Shown here one piece after another: positions 1 through 12,448 of a stretch of DNA of 64,000 nt. The position numbers and the translations under genes are program-made. The notes beneath the pieces were generated by a model. The model worked only from the letters and a program-made list of their open reading frames with translations, made no database searches and was not told the origin of the DNA. Source of the stretch: Octopus bimaculoides (Eukaryota); contig NC_069003.1 of assembly GCF_001194135.2 (NCBI RefSeq), forward strand, positions 33,008,697 to 33,072,696, given 5' to 3'. Position 1 is the stretch's first letter. Each line of letters opens with the position of its first letter.

Positions 1-257
1 CGTTAAAAAATATCCATTTTTCTGGAAGTTACGGGACAACATCTATAATTATGACATTGAGCTTGTAAACAGACTTTGAAAAAGGGCAACTGATGGTCGA
101 AAAAAGATAAATGAAAACTGCTGATCTTATGCAATAACGGCCGATACAGATACTCATAAACACACACACACACACACACACACACATTCACAGAGAACGA
201 CGTTTCAGAGATACACCATTTATGCAAAAATAAAAATCAGCAAAACCAATATAATAC

Positions 258-333
258 CTATTTTTTCTAAAAATTGACGGTGATGTTCCACATCTCCTTT
301 GACTTCTTTCCATTTTCCAAGGAATTGTTCCAT
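258..333 (-). CDS. FABP/iLBP-like paralog C, coding exon 1 only ([26 protein letters not shown]); the rest lies left of the window
   Basis: 76-nt exon from ATG to a phase-1 GT donor (G|gtattat). Same length and phase as exon 1 of paralogs A and B, 64/76 nt identical to A. The FLGKW N-terminus is typical of FABPs. Not in the ORF track. Confidence 0.88.
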
Positions 334-392
334 CGTTTAGTTATATGATGTATAGGAGGCAGAGAAAGACCAAAGAGAAGCTGGTATTTGTA

Positions 393-525
393 GTTGACTT
401 TAAACACAACCTGTCGCTTACAGACGGCGGTAATATGGTGTTAGCTTTTACTACTGACACTCACAGTTGCATTTACGAGATTAATGAAACCTTGTCAAAC
501 AACTCAATTACTTTATCACTTCGAG
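393..525 (-). promoter_or_regulatory. Proximal promoter block of FABP paralog C, homologous to 7513-7641 of paralog A
   Basis: Aligns by eye over about 130 bp: ATAAAGTA..G.GTTGTTTGACAA.GTTT.ATT.ATC.CGTA.A.GCA.CTGT....GTCAGTAGT.A...CTAACA...CGCC.TCT.T.AGCGACAGG.TGTG.TTTAAAGTCAAC. Confidence 0.75.
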
Positions 526-540
526 AATGAAAGAAGGAAG

Positions 541-1121
541 TAATTGGGGATCTTTTTTAAAACGGGGGCCACATTTTTCATTAATGTTTTACGTAGTGTT
601 TTTGGTACCGAAAGACTTTCAAACTTCGTATACTTGTCTATTTTGTGTTATAGAACAGAAAAATATTTTTGAATTCGAATTTATTTCATGTAAAAAATTG
701 TCTTATTTCGATAATTTCAACCAATCACTGACAAGTATTCAGTTGTTTACATTTACTCCTTTGGCTAATTAAGCGATGTAAAGCGTATTTAATCTCCATA
801 CCTTCGTTTTATTTGCTTTTTTCATTTTAAATTTGCTTTAACCCTAACCCTAACCCTAACCCTAGGGTTAGGGTTAATTGTTTCAAAATCGTTTGTTTAT
901 GTAGTCGGCACTTAATGTATATCGGCTGAATGGACGTCAGTGATTGGTTGAAATTACAGAAATACGACAATTTTAACATGGAATAATTTATGGATTTCTT
1001 TTTTTTTTAAGAAGACTAAGAGAAAAAGATGTTTTATATGACACATTCTACCAGTGTTCCAAGTTTCAAAGTGTTTCGTTAATGAAAAATGTGGCCCCCG
1101 TTTTAAAAAGGATCCGTAATT
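541..1121. mobile_element. MITE with about 45-bp terminal inverted repeats and an internal telomere-like array
   Basis: GGATC(T)TTTTTAAAACGGGGGCCACATTTTTCATTAA at about 548-585 and its reverse complement at about 1079-1115; no coding capacity. Confidence 0.8.
839..876. repeat. Interstitial telomere-like (TAACCC)4-TAGGGTTAGGGTTA
   Basis: Read directly. Confidence 0.9.
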
Positions 1122-2130
1122 GGTTATCACACACGACACGTGTGTGTGTGTGTGTGTACATTTTCTTTCTCTTCCGCCTTCTTTTTCTTCCTAGTTAGTC
1201 AAACTACTCTCCCTACTTAATTTCGTAACACGTAATATTTTAAAACAAGCTGACCCCTTTAATATCCGGTACTGTATCGTATATGTGTAGCTGCCATTTT
1301 TCAGTGTTTCCAAATTTTCTTCCAATTGATTTCATATTAGGTGTTATTTTGATGTAGTTTTGTATGCTGATGTAGATGTATGCTTATGTATGCTTATCAT
1401 TGACAGGAAATTCATTTTCGCTGCAAATCAAGCGACCATTTACCACTTATTGAATGGTAATTGTGAGATGTTGTTCTGAGTTCAAATTACGGTTGACTTT
1501 GCCTTTTATATTTTATTTCGGGATCCATAAAATAAGTATCCGCTGAGCAGTTTAAAAGCAATCTTTAAACTATTAAACTCTTTATTTATTGATTTATGGA
1601 GAAAATGAATTTCATGTCAAGGATTAGCATACGAATTTATAATGTAACACCTAATATGAAATCATTTGGAACAAAAATTGAAGAAATTGAAAAATGGGAG
1701 ACAAACAGAAAAGATCCCTGGCGCATAATCCGATCTCGACATCTCCAGTTCTTGATTTTCTTTGCAAGCATAGAAATTCGAGAAGCCAAACCGGTCTTGT
1801 TGCTACTGAAATATTGGTTAATAACAACTCGAGACTCCTAATCGCTTTCTCTTTCACCCACAATTAAATTAATCAACACTCAATCAAATTTCTATCCATC
1901 CATCTACACATTCATCTTCTCCGCCCATTATTCTCGGAAGGACTGTGGGCATAGAGTACTCAGGCATCTCCTCCATATATGCCCATCACCTAAGGGAGTG
2001 CAATGGACGGAACATCCTCCCTCACTATTCAATGGTGCTCCCTCAGATTTACAGTGATACATTTCTTTTGAAACTCCACTTTAGCATCATTACAAATTAG
2101 TACCCAACCAGAATATTCTGAAGTACCTCC

Positions 2131-2333
2131 AGGCTGGCGGAATCTTTACCACGCCGGGCAAAATCTAGCGGCATTTCGTCTGTTTTAACGTTCTGAGTTC
2201 AACTTCCAGCGAGGTCGACTTTGCTTTCATCCTTTCGGGGTTGATAAAATAAATACTAGTTGAACAATGGGGTCGATGTAATCAACTCACCTCGTCCCCC
2301 GAAATTGCTGGCCTTGTGCCAAAATTTGAAACT
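2131..2333 (+). mobile_element. CORE-type tRNA SINE. Other copies: about 10235-10380(-), 15675-15860(-), 31541-31773(-), 35170-35372(-), 47010-47135(-), 47590-47740(-), 55913-56120(+)
   Basis: tRNA-like head with B box GTTCAA(A/C)TTCC, then the CORE domain GCTTTCATCCTTTCGGGGTCGATAAAATAAGTACCAG. Confidence 0.8.
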
Positions 2334-2389
2334 ACTATCTCTCTGAAAGTTCTTTAATCCTTACGTCATTAATATCTGCTACTACGGCT

Positions 2390-2404
2390 TCTGCTCTGGA
2401 TGGT

Positions 2405-2459
<55 letters not shown>

Positions 2460-3260
2460 AAGGATGTGTGTGTGTGTAATACGTATGCATTTCTACAGTT
2501 TTCAACCGAGTTTCATCAAACGTTACGTATACATCACTTATGTGCCAAGGATGGTCATGCACTATAACATTTTGTCCAGAGCTCCCGTGTGAAGCGAGAA
2601 ACAGGGGGGAAAAATGTGTTCCACATGGGTTTTTCTCTAAAAACTGCAATTCTCAACCGATTCTATCCCTTTGACTTCTGCACTTTATATCCGATTCTTT
2701 CCCTTTTTCTCTCTCTCTGATTATTTCTCTTCTCACTCTGCCTCTCTGTAAAAGTTCCTCTCTTAAAGACGATGTCTATTTCTTTCACACACACACACAC
2801 TCTCTCTCTCTCTCTCTTTCTTTATCTGACACACAATAACTTCTCTCTACACATTGGCTTTCGTGTATTTCTATTAGACGTGCGTAAAAATCTCTTTTGT
2901 TACGATCTTTCTACGTCTTTCTCTCACTAGTTATAGATCTCTTCTCTTTCCTTCTCTCCACTCTCACCATCTGTCAATGTTCTTTCTCTTTAATTCTATG
3001 CATGTTTCTTTCACTCTCTCTCCTCTCTCTTTCTCCCTCCCTCTCTCTTTCTCTCTCTATCACTCCCTCTCTCTCTATCACTCTTTCTCTTTCTCTCTTT
3101 AACTGACACAATATATTTTGTCTACACGTTATCTTCCGCATATTTCAAATAGTCTTGCGTTAAAATCTATGTCGTTACGTTTTTTGTAAATTCTGACTGA
3201 AAAATAACTTAGTTATTTCACATTTTTATTTATCCAGTGTGTCTAAATTCAGTTTTGCCA
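2390..3260 (+). repeat. About 850-bp dispersed repeat, copy 1 (copy 2 at about 4283-5210)
   Basis: Shared blocks in the same order and orientation, e.g. TGTGTGTGTAATACGTATGCATTTCTACAGTTTTCAACCGA and ATAACTTCTCTCTACACATTGGCTT. Confidence 0.75.
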
Positions 3261-3838
3261 CATCGGCCTAAAGACCGACTTTATTCGAAATTCAGTTTCA
3301 AATCATCTGGCTGAAAAATTGATTTCAGCTTAAATAATCGCTTACATTCCGTAGATTGACTGTATGTAAAGATTTGTTGGGAAAACGCTTTTCCAAGTTG
3401 TTGGGGACTGGATTTCCGGAAAATTCACACTACTCGACATTTTCCCCCTCATAACTTTATGCCCAAGATTTCGTTCTTGAAATCATCTTATCACAGAGCC
3501 AAATTTATAAGACTGATAAAATTACCACTTGAGTTTTTATTGGTTAGTTTTAGCCAATAGCTTTTATGTTTACTCTTCGACAAACAACTTGTTGAGGTTT
3601 CGTTATCACAATAGAAATAACATTCCAAATGGACACGCACGCGTACTACACCCATGCAGGCCTGGACTTCAAGTGGCATAACTACAGATTTATACCCTTC
3701 CCCTGACCATCTTACCTCATAACTTCCAGAAAAATGGATACTTTTAGCGAAATTTTCAACATGATGACTATTTATCCCTATCTCCCCTACATATCTGCCA
3801 CTCTTGCGCCCTCTCTCCTCATACTAACCCACTCATAT

Positions 3839-3958
3839 TGGAGGACGTTCTAAAAAGTTCCTGGCTTTGGGTAAAAGAAAATACAGGAGGATCAGTTAAT
3901 TATGATTTTATTCGACATATTCCTGTTTTAGGTCCGCACACCCATTGCAGCGGTCCTT
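3839..3958 (+). mobile_element. Mariner-like transposon 5' end fragment (second copy about 24895-25045)
   Basis: Both copies share AAAAGTTCCTGGCTTTGGGTAAAAGAAAATACAGGAGGATCAGTTAATTATGATTTTATT. Family assignment from resemblance to mariner termini. Confidence 0.6.
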
Positions 3959-4047
3959 CCCTAACCTTAACCTTAACCCGAAAACTAAGACTAACCTTAA
4001 ACACTGACCCTAACTCTAAACCCTAACCTTAAACCCTAACCCTAAAC
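3958..4047 (+). repeat. Degenerate telomere-like array (CCTAA/CCCTAA/CCTTAA)
   Basis: Read directly. Confidence 0.75.
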
Positions 4048-4282
4048 ACCGGGTGTGCATATTCTTTACCTTCGCTCAAAATCTGTGTGTAATTACTCAT
4101 ACAAAATTATCCTGCTACAAGTCTGGCTGTTATTTAAATTTCTGTAGAAGCACAGAGAACATTCCAAAGAGAATACGCATGCGTACGCACACACCCAGAT
4201 TTGAAGTGGCATATCTACAGATCTGTACCCCACCCGAATTTGTTGCCTCATAACTTCATTAATATCCGCAACTAAGTTTTCT

Positions 4283-5210
4283 GCGCTGGATGGTTATCAA
4301 TATGTATATAAAACAATTTATGTTTGTGTGTGTAATACGTATGCATTTCTACAGTTTTCAACCGAATTTCACCAAACGTTACACACACATCACTTATGTA
4401 AAGTGGTTAGTGTTCGGAAGGGAGGGGAGGAGGCGGAGGTAGAGGAGGCAGAGGGGGGGATGATGATGATGATAATGATGATGGTCATGCACTAGAACAT
4501 TTTGCCCAGAGCTCCTCTGTGAAGCGAAAAACAGGGAAAAAAGGTATTCCACGCGGGGTTTTCTCTAAAAACTGTAATTTTCAAGCGATTCTCTCCCTTT
4601 GACTTCTACGGTTTCCATCCAATGCTCTCCCTTTTCTCTCGTTCTCCCTCTCCCCCCTTTCTCTCTCTCTCTCTCTCTCTTTATCTGACGCACAATAACT
4701 TCTCTCTACACATTGGCTTCCGTGTATTTCTATTAGTCGTGCATGAAAATCTCTTTTGTTACGGTCTTTCTACGTTCTCACTTCAAAATAACTCAGTTAT
4801 TTTCCACTTTCGTTCACCCAGAATGTTGAAATTCAGTTTCGCCACATTTGCCTGAAAATTGACTTCACAGTATTTCAATTTTGTCGTGCGTCTATACCTT
4901 TGGCTTCACTCTCATTTTTCCACCGATTCTCTCCCTTTGACTTCTGCAATTTTCATCCGAATCTTTCCCTCTTCTCTCACTGTTTCTTTATCGCTTCTCT
5001 TTCCTTCTCTCCACTCTCACTATCTATCACTGTTCCTCTCTATAATTGTATGTCTGTTTCTTTCACTCACTCTTCCTCTCCCTCTCTCTCTCTCTCCCTT
5101 CCTCTCCCCCTCGTTCTCTCCCTCTCTTTAACTGACATACAATAACTTCTCTCAGCAAATTGGCCTCCGCGTATTTCAAATAGTCTTGCGTTAAAATCTA
5201 TGAGATAATG
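4283..5210 (+). repeat. About 900-bp dispersed repeat, copy 2
   Basis: See 2390-3260. Confidence 0.75.
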
Positions 5211-7512
5211 TTCTTCAGCTGTTGCACCAACATGAACAGCTTACTATAAAATTTCACCGGAGATAGATTAGCAAAATAAGGTTGGAATAANNNNNNNNNN
5301 NNNNNNNNNNNNNNNNNNNNNNNNNNNNNNNNNNNNNNNNNNNNNNNNNNNNNNNNNNNNNNNNNNNNNNNNNNNNNNNNNNNNNNNNNNNNNNNNNNNN
5401 NNGGGAAAGAAACGTGGTGGGGGAATCTGAAAAATTAATAAGTGGAGGAGTGCGATTATGCAAGACTTCAGAGTACCTATAGATGGCTGAACAAAAAGTA
5501 AAAAGAACTATCGAGCCGCTATTCTCCGGATTGAGAGCTCACAGCTCCGGTGCTACGAATCTTTGATTAAAATGTAGCAGAGAAGAGTCGCAAGATAGAT
5601 ACTTCAAGCTAGAAGACCTGGGTGTTGACCAAGAATCAGATGGTTAGTTGCTTCAGACTGAATCTAGGGAGGCAGGTCCGTCGCCAAACTTTGGTGCTTG
5701 GGGGTGCTTCAGAATAGTCTGGTTGGGTACTAATCTAATATGATAAATGTGAAAACTAATTTCTGTGTGTCAGTGTGTCACACTTTGACCCCCACCTCGC
5801 TATTCAATGACACTTCTTCGTGCTGGGGTGACAGTAATAGTATGTATAGAGACGGTGAGGGTGATGGCGAAGACAGACAGACAGAGAAAAAGAAAGAAAA
5901 AGAGAGGGAGAGAAAGAGAGACAATGAAATTTAGGGAGAGTTGATGATGTTTTATTAAAAGTAGTAGTGTAACAATGAAAGTAATAATAAGAGAGAGAGA
6001 GTTGGGTATATGAGAGAAAGATGGAGATGATGTACAACTTTCCTGGACAGAAATTCCTGTGGCCAACAAACTGAACGAACTACTGAACACTATCATTTTT
6101 GCTTTATTTTTTTGCTTTCTTTAATACATACATTTTATATTTTTTATTTTATATGTATGTGTGTATACATATATACATGTACATACACTCGTACGCGCAT
6201 ACACATACGTGCGCGCACACGCACACGCACACACACAAAATACACTTGAATTGAAGTACAGTTTCCCCAAGTGTGTCAGTGTGTCACACTTTTTCAACTT
6301 TACTCCTAGAGGCCGTATCCCAATATATCATACCATTTTGGAATCAGGCTGACTCTGTGAATAAATTATAAACATTCCGGGCCGAATCCGAACCTGCAAT
6401 CCTGAAATAAATCGCGCTCTCTGTATGTCTTTCGCTTTTATGAGGTCGTTTCCCTGTTTCTCTCCAACACTTTTTACGAAAAAGGCCGATCTTTGGTAAA
6501 GATCGACGAAGACACTTTTTACGGAAAAGGCCGATATTTAGGACTCGTACCGTAAGATCGCCCAAGTCAGAGATCTTCCCGTTTCGGCGGCTTTTACGCT
6601 AGTTTCTAATAATGCTAAAGTGGAGTTTCGAAATAAGGGTATCACTGTAAACTCGAAGGAGCACCATTGAATAGTGAAGGGGGGAAGTGCTGTCCAGTGC
6701 ACCCCCTTAGGTGATGGGCATATATGGAAGAGATGCTTGGGAACTCTATGCCCACAGCCCTTCCGAGAATAATGGGCAGAGAAGATGGATGTGTGGATGG
6801 GTGGATAGAAATTTGATTGAGTGTTGATTTGATTTAAATGTGGGTGAAAGAGAAAGCGATTAGAAGTCTCGAGTTGTTATTAACCAATATTTCAGTCGCA
6901 ACAAGAAGACCAGTTGGGTGTCAATAGTTGCGAATTGGCATCCCGAGATGGGATTATGCACCAGTTGGTATCATCTGTTGGGCATATCTACAGATGAATA
7001 CCCCGCCGACTTTGTTGCCCGGCAAATTTTTACATAAACTCAATCTACAGGAACTAAGCGATTATTTGTTGAAAGTTTCGTTAAAAGCATCAATTTTTTT
7101 GAAAGTTATGAGGCAACAAACCAGGCGGTGGGTATACATATGTAGTTATGCCATCTGTTGTCCATACGATCTAAGTTCAAATACCACTAAGGTTGTCTTT
7201 ACCTTTTTTTTTTTTTGTCGACCCCGGGTCCACAAAATAAAGTATCTACTGAGCACTGAGATTCGTGTAATCAACTTATCACCTCCCCTCAAAACCGATG
7301 GCCTTGAGCCAAAATTTGAAAGAATATATATTGTTGGAGTCAGCTTATTTCAAAATATCATGAGTTATATGAGATTTCAGTCGAGTAATTAAGTAGGGAG
7401 GAGGGGAGCGCATACATACATACATACATGCATGCATACACCCCCACCCCCCACACACACATACATATACATACATATATCGTATATGGTTAGCACTCCT
7501 TTCGTTCCTGAC

Positions 7513-7641
7513 GTTATAAAGTACTGCGTTGTTTGACAATGTTTTATTTATCGCGTAGACGCAGCTGTACAAGTCAGTAGTTACGACTAACAGTATATAT
7601 CGCCGCCCTCTATTAGCGACAGGCTGTGTTTTAAAGTCAAC
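7513..7641 (+). promoter_or_regulatory. Proximal promoter block of FABP paralog A with TATA-like TATAAAG (7515-7521)
   Basis: Homologous to 393-525; about 200 nt upstream of the ATG. Confidence 0.65.
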
Positions 7642-7720
7642 GTGCTCTTTCTCTCCCTATATATATATATATATATATATCTATATAATATATATTTATA
7701 TACATCATATACATTTTACG

Positions 7721-10700
7721 ATGGATGTATTCCTTGGAAAATGGATAGAAATCAAAGAAGATGTGGAATCTTACCGTCAATTTATAGACAAAATTGGTAT
7801 TATGCTATTTTGGTTTATTCTCTATTTTTATATGAATGAATTTTGTATCGCCTTGAAATGTCTTTCTCTGTGAATGTGTGTGTGCGTGCGTGTGTATTTC
7901 TGTATCGGTGGATGCCGGGTTATAATGTACCGTTTCACTTTGTTCCTTTGGACTTGCCCCCATGATCGATTGGTGAGTTTTTTTTTCCACACTCCTATCC
8001 TTAGTTATCCGACTCTTGGTGTAATTAGATCACCAGTTGTCAGTTATCTTTTCCGACCACTAGTTGCCCTTTTAAAAAATGTTTACAACTTCAAGTCTAA
8101 AGCTCTGTGTGTGTGTGTGTGTGTGTATTCTCTTAGGAATGTTATTCTTGTTTCTTCAAAATATTAAATAACAGCCAGACTAGTAGCAGGATAATTTTGG
8201 ATAAGTAATTATACACGGATTTTTTACACTTACAAGAAAATCTTTATACACTTATGAAATTTTCAGTGGTGAACCAAACACCAACTATTTTTTTGTGGAA
8301 AAGACACTTGATTAGACCAAATGGTAGAATCGAAGATCTCGTGAACCTTCTCATTAATAAACTGCATCGTTTCGAAGATTCTGGCTTGTAAAAGTTTGAA
8401 AGTTTGTGTTGTCCCATATCAAACATTCATTATATGAAAAATTGTCATTTTAATGATTGTAGCATCTAAATGTAGCAACATCGCAAGCTAGATGTGAACA
8501 AATTTGATTTTTATGTTTAATAAATTATTTACCCCTTCTTAATCATTTTGCTCCTTCTAAAAATGTTCCTCTCGACATCAACTAACAAAGAATAAAACGA
8601 AAAAACGATAAAACAACCTATTACTAAAGTTTTCGTTTTTCTTGTGCGATTGTGGGACAGCAACTACGATGCACACAGATATTTATATATGATTCAGTTA
8701 TAGGGATTTTGAGGCGCTTTTTGTCACGTGCCCCTGTCGCCCGATTTTATGCCCTAGATTTCTGTCCCCGCAAGAAATTCCTTTATCACATAACCAAATT
8801 AACAAGACTGATAAAATTACATGACTTCAGTTTTTATTGGTTCGTTTCAACCAATACTTTCGGTGTGTTTGCTTTTCAAGAAACTGTTGGGGTCTCGTTT
8901 TCACAATAGAAATGAACTGTTTTCTATCGCAGTCAATGAAGTAAAAAAAAACAAATCAACAAGATTCCACGGCATTTTTTCTTTTACTTTTATTAGTTTC
9001 AGTCATTTGACTGCGGCCATGCCTTTAGTCGAGCAAATCGACCCCGGGACTTATTCTTTGTAAACCTAGTACTTATTATATCGGTCGCTTTTTGCCGAAC
9101 TGCTATATTACGAAGACGTAAATACACCAGCATCGGTTGTCAAGTGATGTTGGGGAGACAAACACACACATACATTACATACATACATGCACGACAGGCT
9201 TCTTTCAGTTTCCGTCTACCAAATCCACTCACAAGGCTTTGGTTGACCTGGGGCTATGGTAGAAGACACTTGTCCAAGGTGTTACACAGTGGGACTGAAC
9301 CCAGGACTATTTGCACTGAAAGGCATCTTTTCAATGGAAAGGTTTTTCAGTTCCTGTAACTTGGCCATTTGTCCTTCAGTGTCTGTGACAGAGCAATCAA
9401 CCTTGAAATTGCTCTTGTGGGTTAAATCTGCAAGTGTGGCTGTGTGGTAAGAAGTTTGCTTCCCAATTACAAGAGTTCCAGGTTCAGTCCCAATATGTGG
9501 CAACTTAGGTAAGTACCTTCTGCTATAATCCTGGGCTGATCAAAACCAGGTGAGTGGATTTGGTAGATGGAAACCGAAAGAAGCCCATCGAAACATAAGA
9601 AACTTTCTCACCTTCCCGAGCGTTAAACTAATACATCTGTTTACTGTTTACACACCTGTCTTTGTGTTTTGTTTTTCTGTAAATTTCAAATATATATATA
9701 TATATATATATATGTTTGTGCTTGTCTCCACCACATAAGAACTGGTGTTGGTTTGTTTATGTCTCCTGTAACTTAGCAGATCAGCAAAAGAGACCAAAGG
9801 AATAAGTATCGTGCTTAAAAAAAAATAAGTTGATCAATTTGAATAAAAACCCTTGAAGGTGTTGCCCCAGCATGGCCATAGTTCAGTGACTGAAACAAGT
9901 AAAAAAATAAAAGATGTATTATATGTTTGTCTGCATCTGAAATAAGAAAACAAATTGGGAACACAAAACACAAACACAATGCTACACAAACATGCTTTGT
10001 TCATCCTATGTGAATATTTGCAAATTTCTCCTTGTTTTTTTGTATAAAGTACTACTGGTTCGTCCAGTACTCTACAATAGAAAAACAGGTTCTGATTAAA
10101 AAGTGTGAGTTCAATGGACAATGAAAATAATGACATCTTGTTTCAAAACAGGGAAAACTATTAAACAATTCTGCTTTGCTTGTAAAATTAGTTAGGGAAC
10201 ACAACCTAAGTCAATACAAATTCCTTTCTACTAAAGGCACAAGGCCTGAAATTTGTGGGGAGGGGGTTAAGTCAATAACATTGACCCCAGTACTCAGCTG
10301 ATGTGAATTTGAACTCTGAACATGAAGATGGGTGGGTGAAATACCGCTAAGCATTTTGCCTGGCATGATAACGGTTCTGAAATATGGAATGCAAAACACA
10401 ACCTTGGATTCAGACAGAAAGACAACTGAAGCTACAGCTTGGTCTAAACAGGGCTGTGTGGTTAGAAGTTATTATTATTATTATTGTAGGAGAGTAGTGT
10501 AGAGGGAATCAGGTAAAATGGGTTGGGGTGGGAGAACACAACTTCCTATGTCAAAGTTTTAGAAGACAAAGAAGAGAGAAATAGGGGATAGATCACTACA
10601 TTGCTGTATGTTAATTGCCTGTCAGTTAGATAAATGGTCTTTGTGAGGATACAATAAAAAAAATGGGGTGTGTGTAGGAGCTTCTTAATATTTGGCGTAT

Positions 10701-12383
10701 AATATTCTAATTTGATTCTCATACCAACAACTTCCAAAACATTAACCTTTTCACTGCATAAGTTTTATATAGCCATTCAAAACTCATTATCCTTAGCAGC
10801 AGACAGCAGTTTTATATCCCAATCCCTCTGTTGTTGAGGAATGTCATGTTTGAAACTATATTCCGTTAAGAGTCAAGTTTATTCTGGCAACGTGACTTGT
10901 TGAAAATACCAATCCTATGTTTTGGAAGATATTTGACATGATTACTGAAATAACCTTGAAATTTAATTTTACAGTTAAAGGATTAAGGGACCTCGCCAAA
11001 CCTGTGATCAAAGACATTCCAACAATGGCTGTCCTACTTTTTTTCCAGAAAAACTATATTCGGGACCACAATATCCAATGTCTCCTATTTTAACCCTTTT
11101 GCTTCAGAAGTCAGATATATCCACTCAAAAGTTCATTACTCTTTACTGCAGAAAGCAATTTTGTATCTTAGTCTGTCTTTTGTTAAAGAATGTCATGTTT
11201 GTAACTATTTTCTGTTGAAATGTGCCAAGTTTAGTGAGGCAGCGTGACCTGCATAAAATACCAATCCTATAGTTAACATCGTTACTGAGAATAACCATGA
11301 AATATAATTTTGCAGTTATAGGGTTAGAGGGTGATAAATAAGCAGAATGACAAAATACTTTGTGATCTCTGTTTTCTCTACTTTTTATTAATTTTATTGC
11401 TTTTTCCTCTACATGAAATTTTGTCATGTTTTACAGGGGTTCCAAAAGAAATAGCAGAGAAAATTTTAAAATATACAGGATTTTTTGAATTGCAAGAAGA
11501 TGGCGATCTGTTTAAAGCAACTACGGGCTATGTAGAAGATCCTAGTTTAACTAGAACATATCGTTTTAAGATGAATGAAACTTTCACTGATACAGATAAT
11601 TTTGGACAAAAATTTACAGTGAGTTAATTTGTTAATTTTTTTGGTACCTTATATTATTTTCTTCCACTTTTATTTATTCCTCTCATGCACACACTTGGAT
11701 GTAAACTTCCTTATAANNNNNNNNNNNNNNNNNNNNNNNNNNNNNNNNNNNNNNNNNNNNNNNNNNNNNNNNNNNNNNNNNNNNNNNNNNNNNNNNNNNN
11801 NNNNNNNNNNNNNNNNNNNNNNNNNNNNNNNNNNNNNNNNNNNNNNNNNNNNNNNNNNNNNNNNNNNNNNNNNNNNNNNNNNNNNNNNNNNNNNNNNNNN
11901 NNNNNNNNNNNNNNNNNNNNNNNNNNNNNNNNNNNNNNNNNNNNNNNNNNNNNNNNNNNNNNNNNNNNNNNNNNNNNNNNNNNNNNNNNNNNNNNNNNNN
12001 NNNNNNNNNNNNNNNNNNNNNNNNNNNNNNNNNNNNNNNNNNNNNNNNNNNNNNNNNNNNNNNNNNNNNNNNNNNNNNNNNNNNNNNNNNNNNNNNNNNN
12101 NNNNNNNNNNNNNNNNNNNNNNNNNNNNNNNNNNNNNNNNNNNNNNNNNNNNNNNNNNNNNNNNNNNNNNNNNNNNNNNNNNNNNNNNNNNNNNNNNNNN
12201 NNNNNNNNNNNNNNNNNNNNNNNNNNNNNNNNNNNNNNNNNNGTACTAAGGACAGAGAAAGGGTGTAGCGGAATCACAGATTGACCAACAGAGAAAGTAA
12301 GGTTTGAATGTGAAAGATGCGCTGAAGCAATAAGTACAACGAGCACACTGGAAATAGATTCCCTTAAGTGGAGAATAAAAATA

Positions 12384-12448
<65 letters not shown>

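Noticed and set aside
839-876. Chromosome-fusion signature
   Set aside because: Repeat orientation is the reverse of a telomere fusion and the array lies inside a MITE.
6928-7392. 154-aa ORF upstream of FABP A
   Set aside because: Overlaps a CORE-SINE and paralogous flank; no recognisable domain.
11685-12346. Long ORFs rich in X (also about 18977-19472, 48761-49721, 52467-52986, 54295-55293, 59183-59718, 60309-60944)
   Set aside because: They simply read through N-gaps; assembly artefacts.
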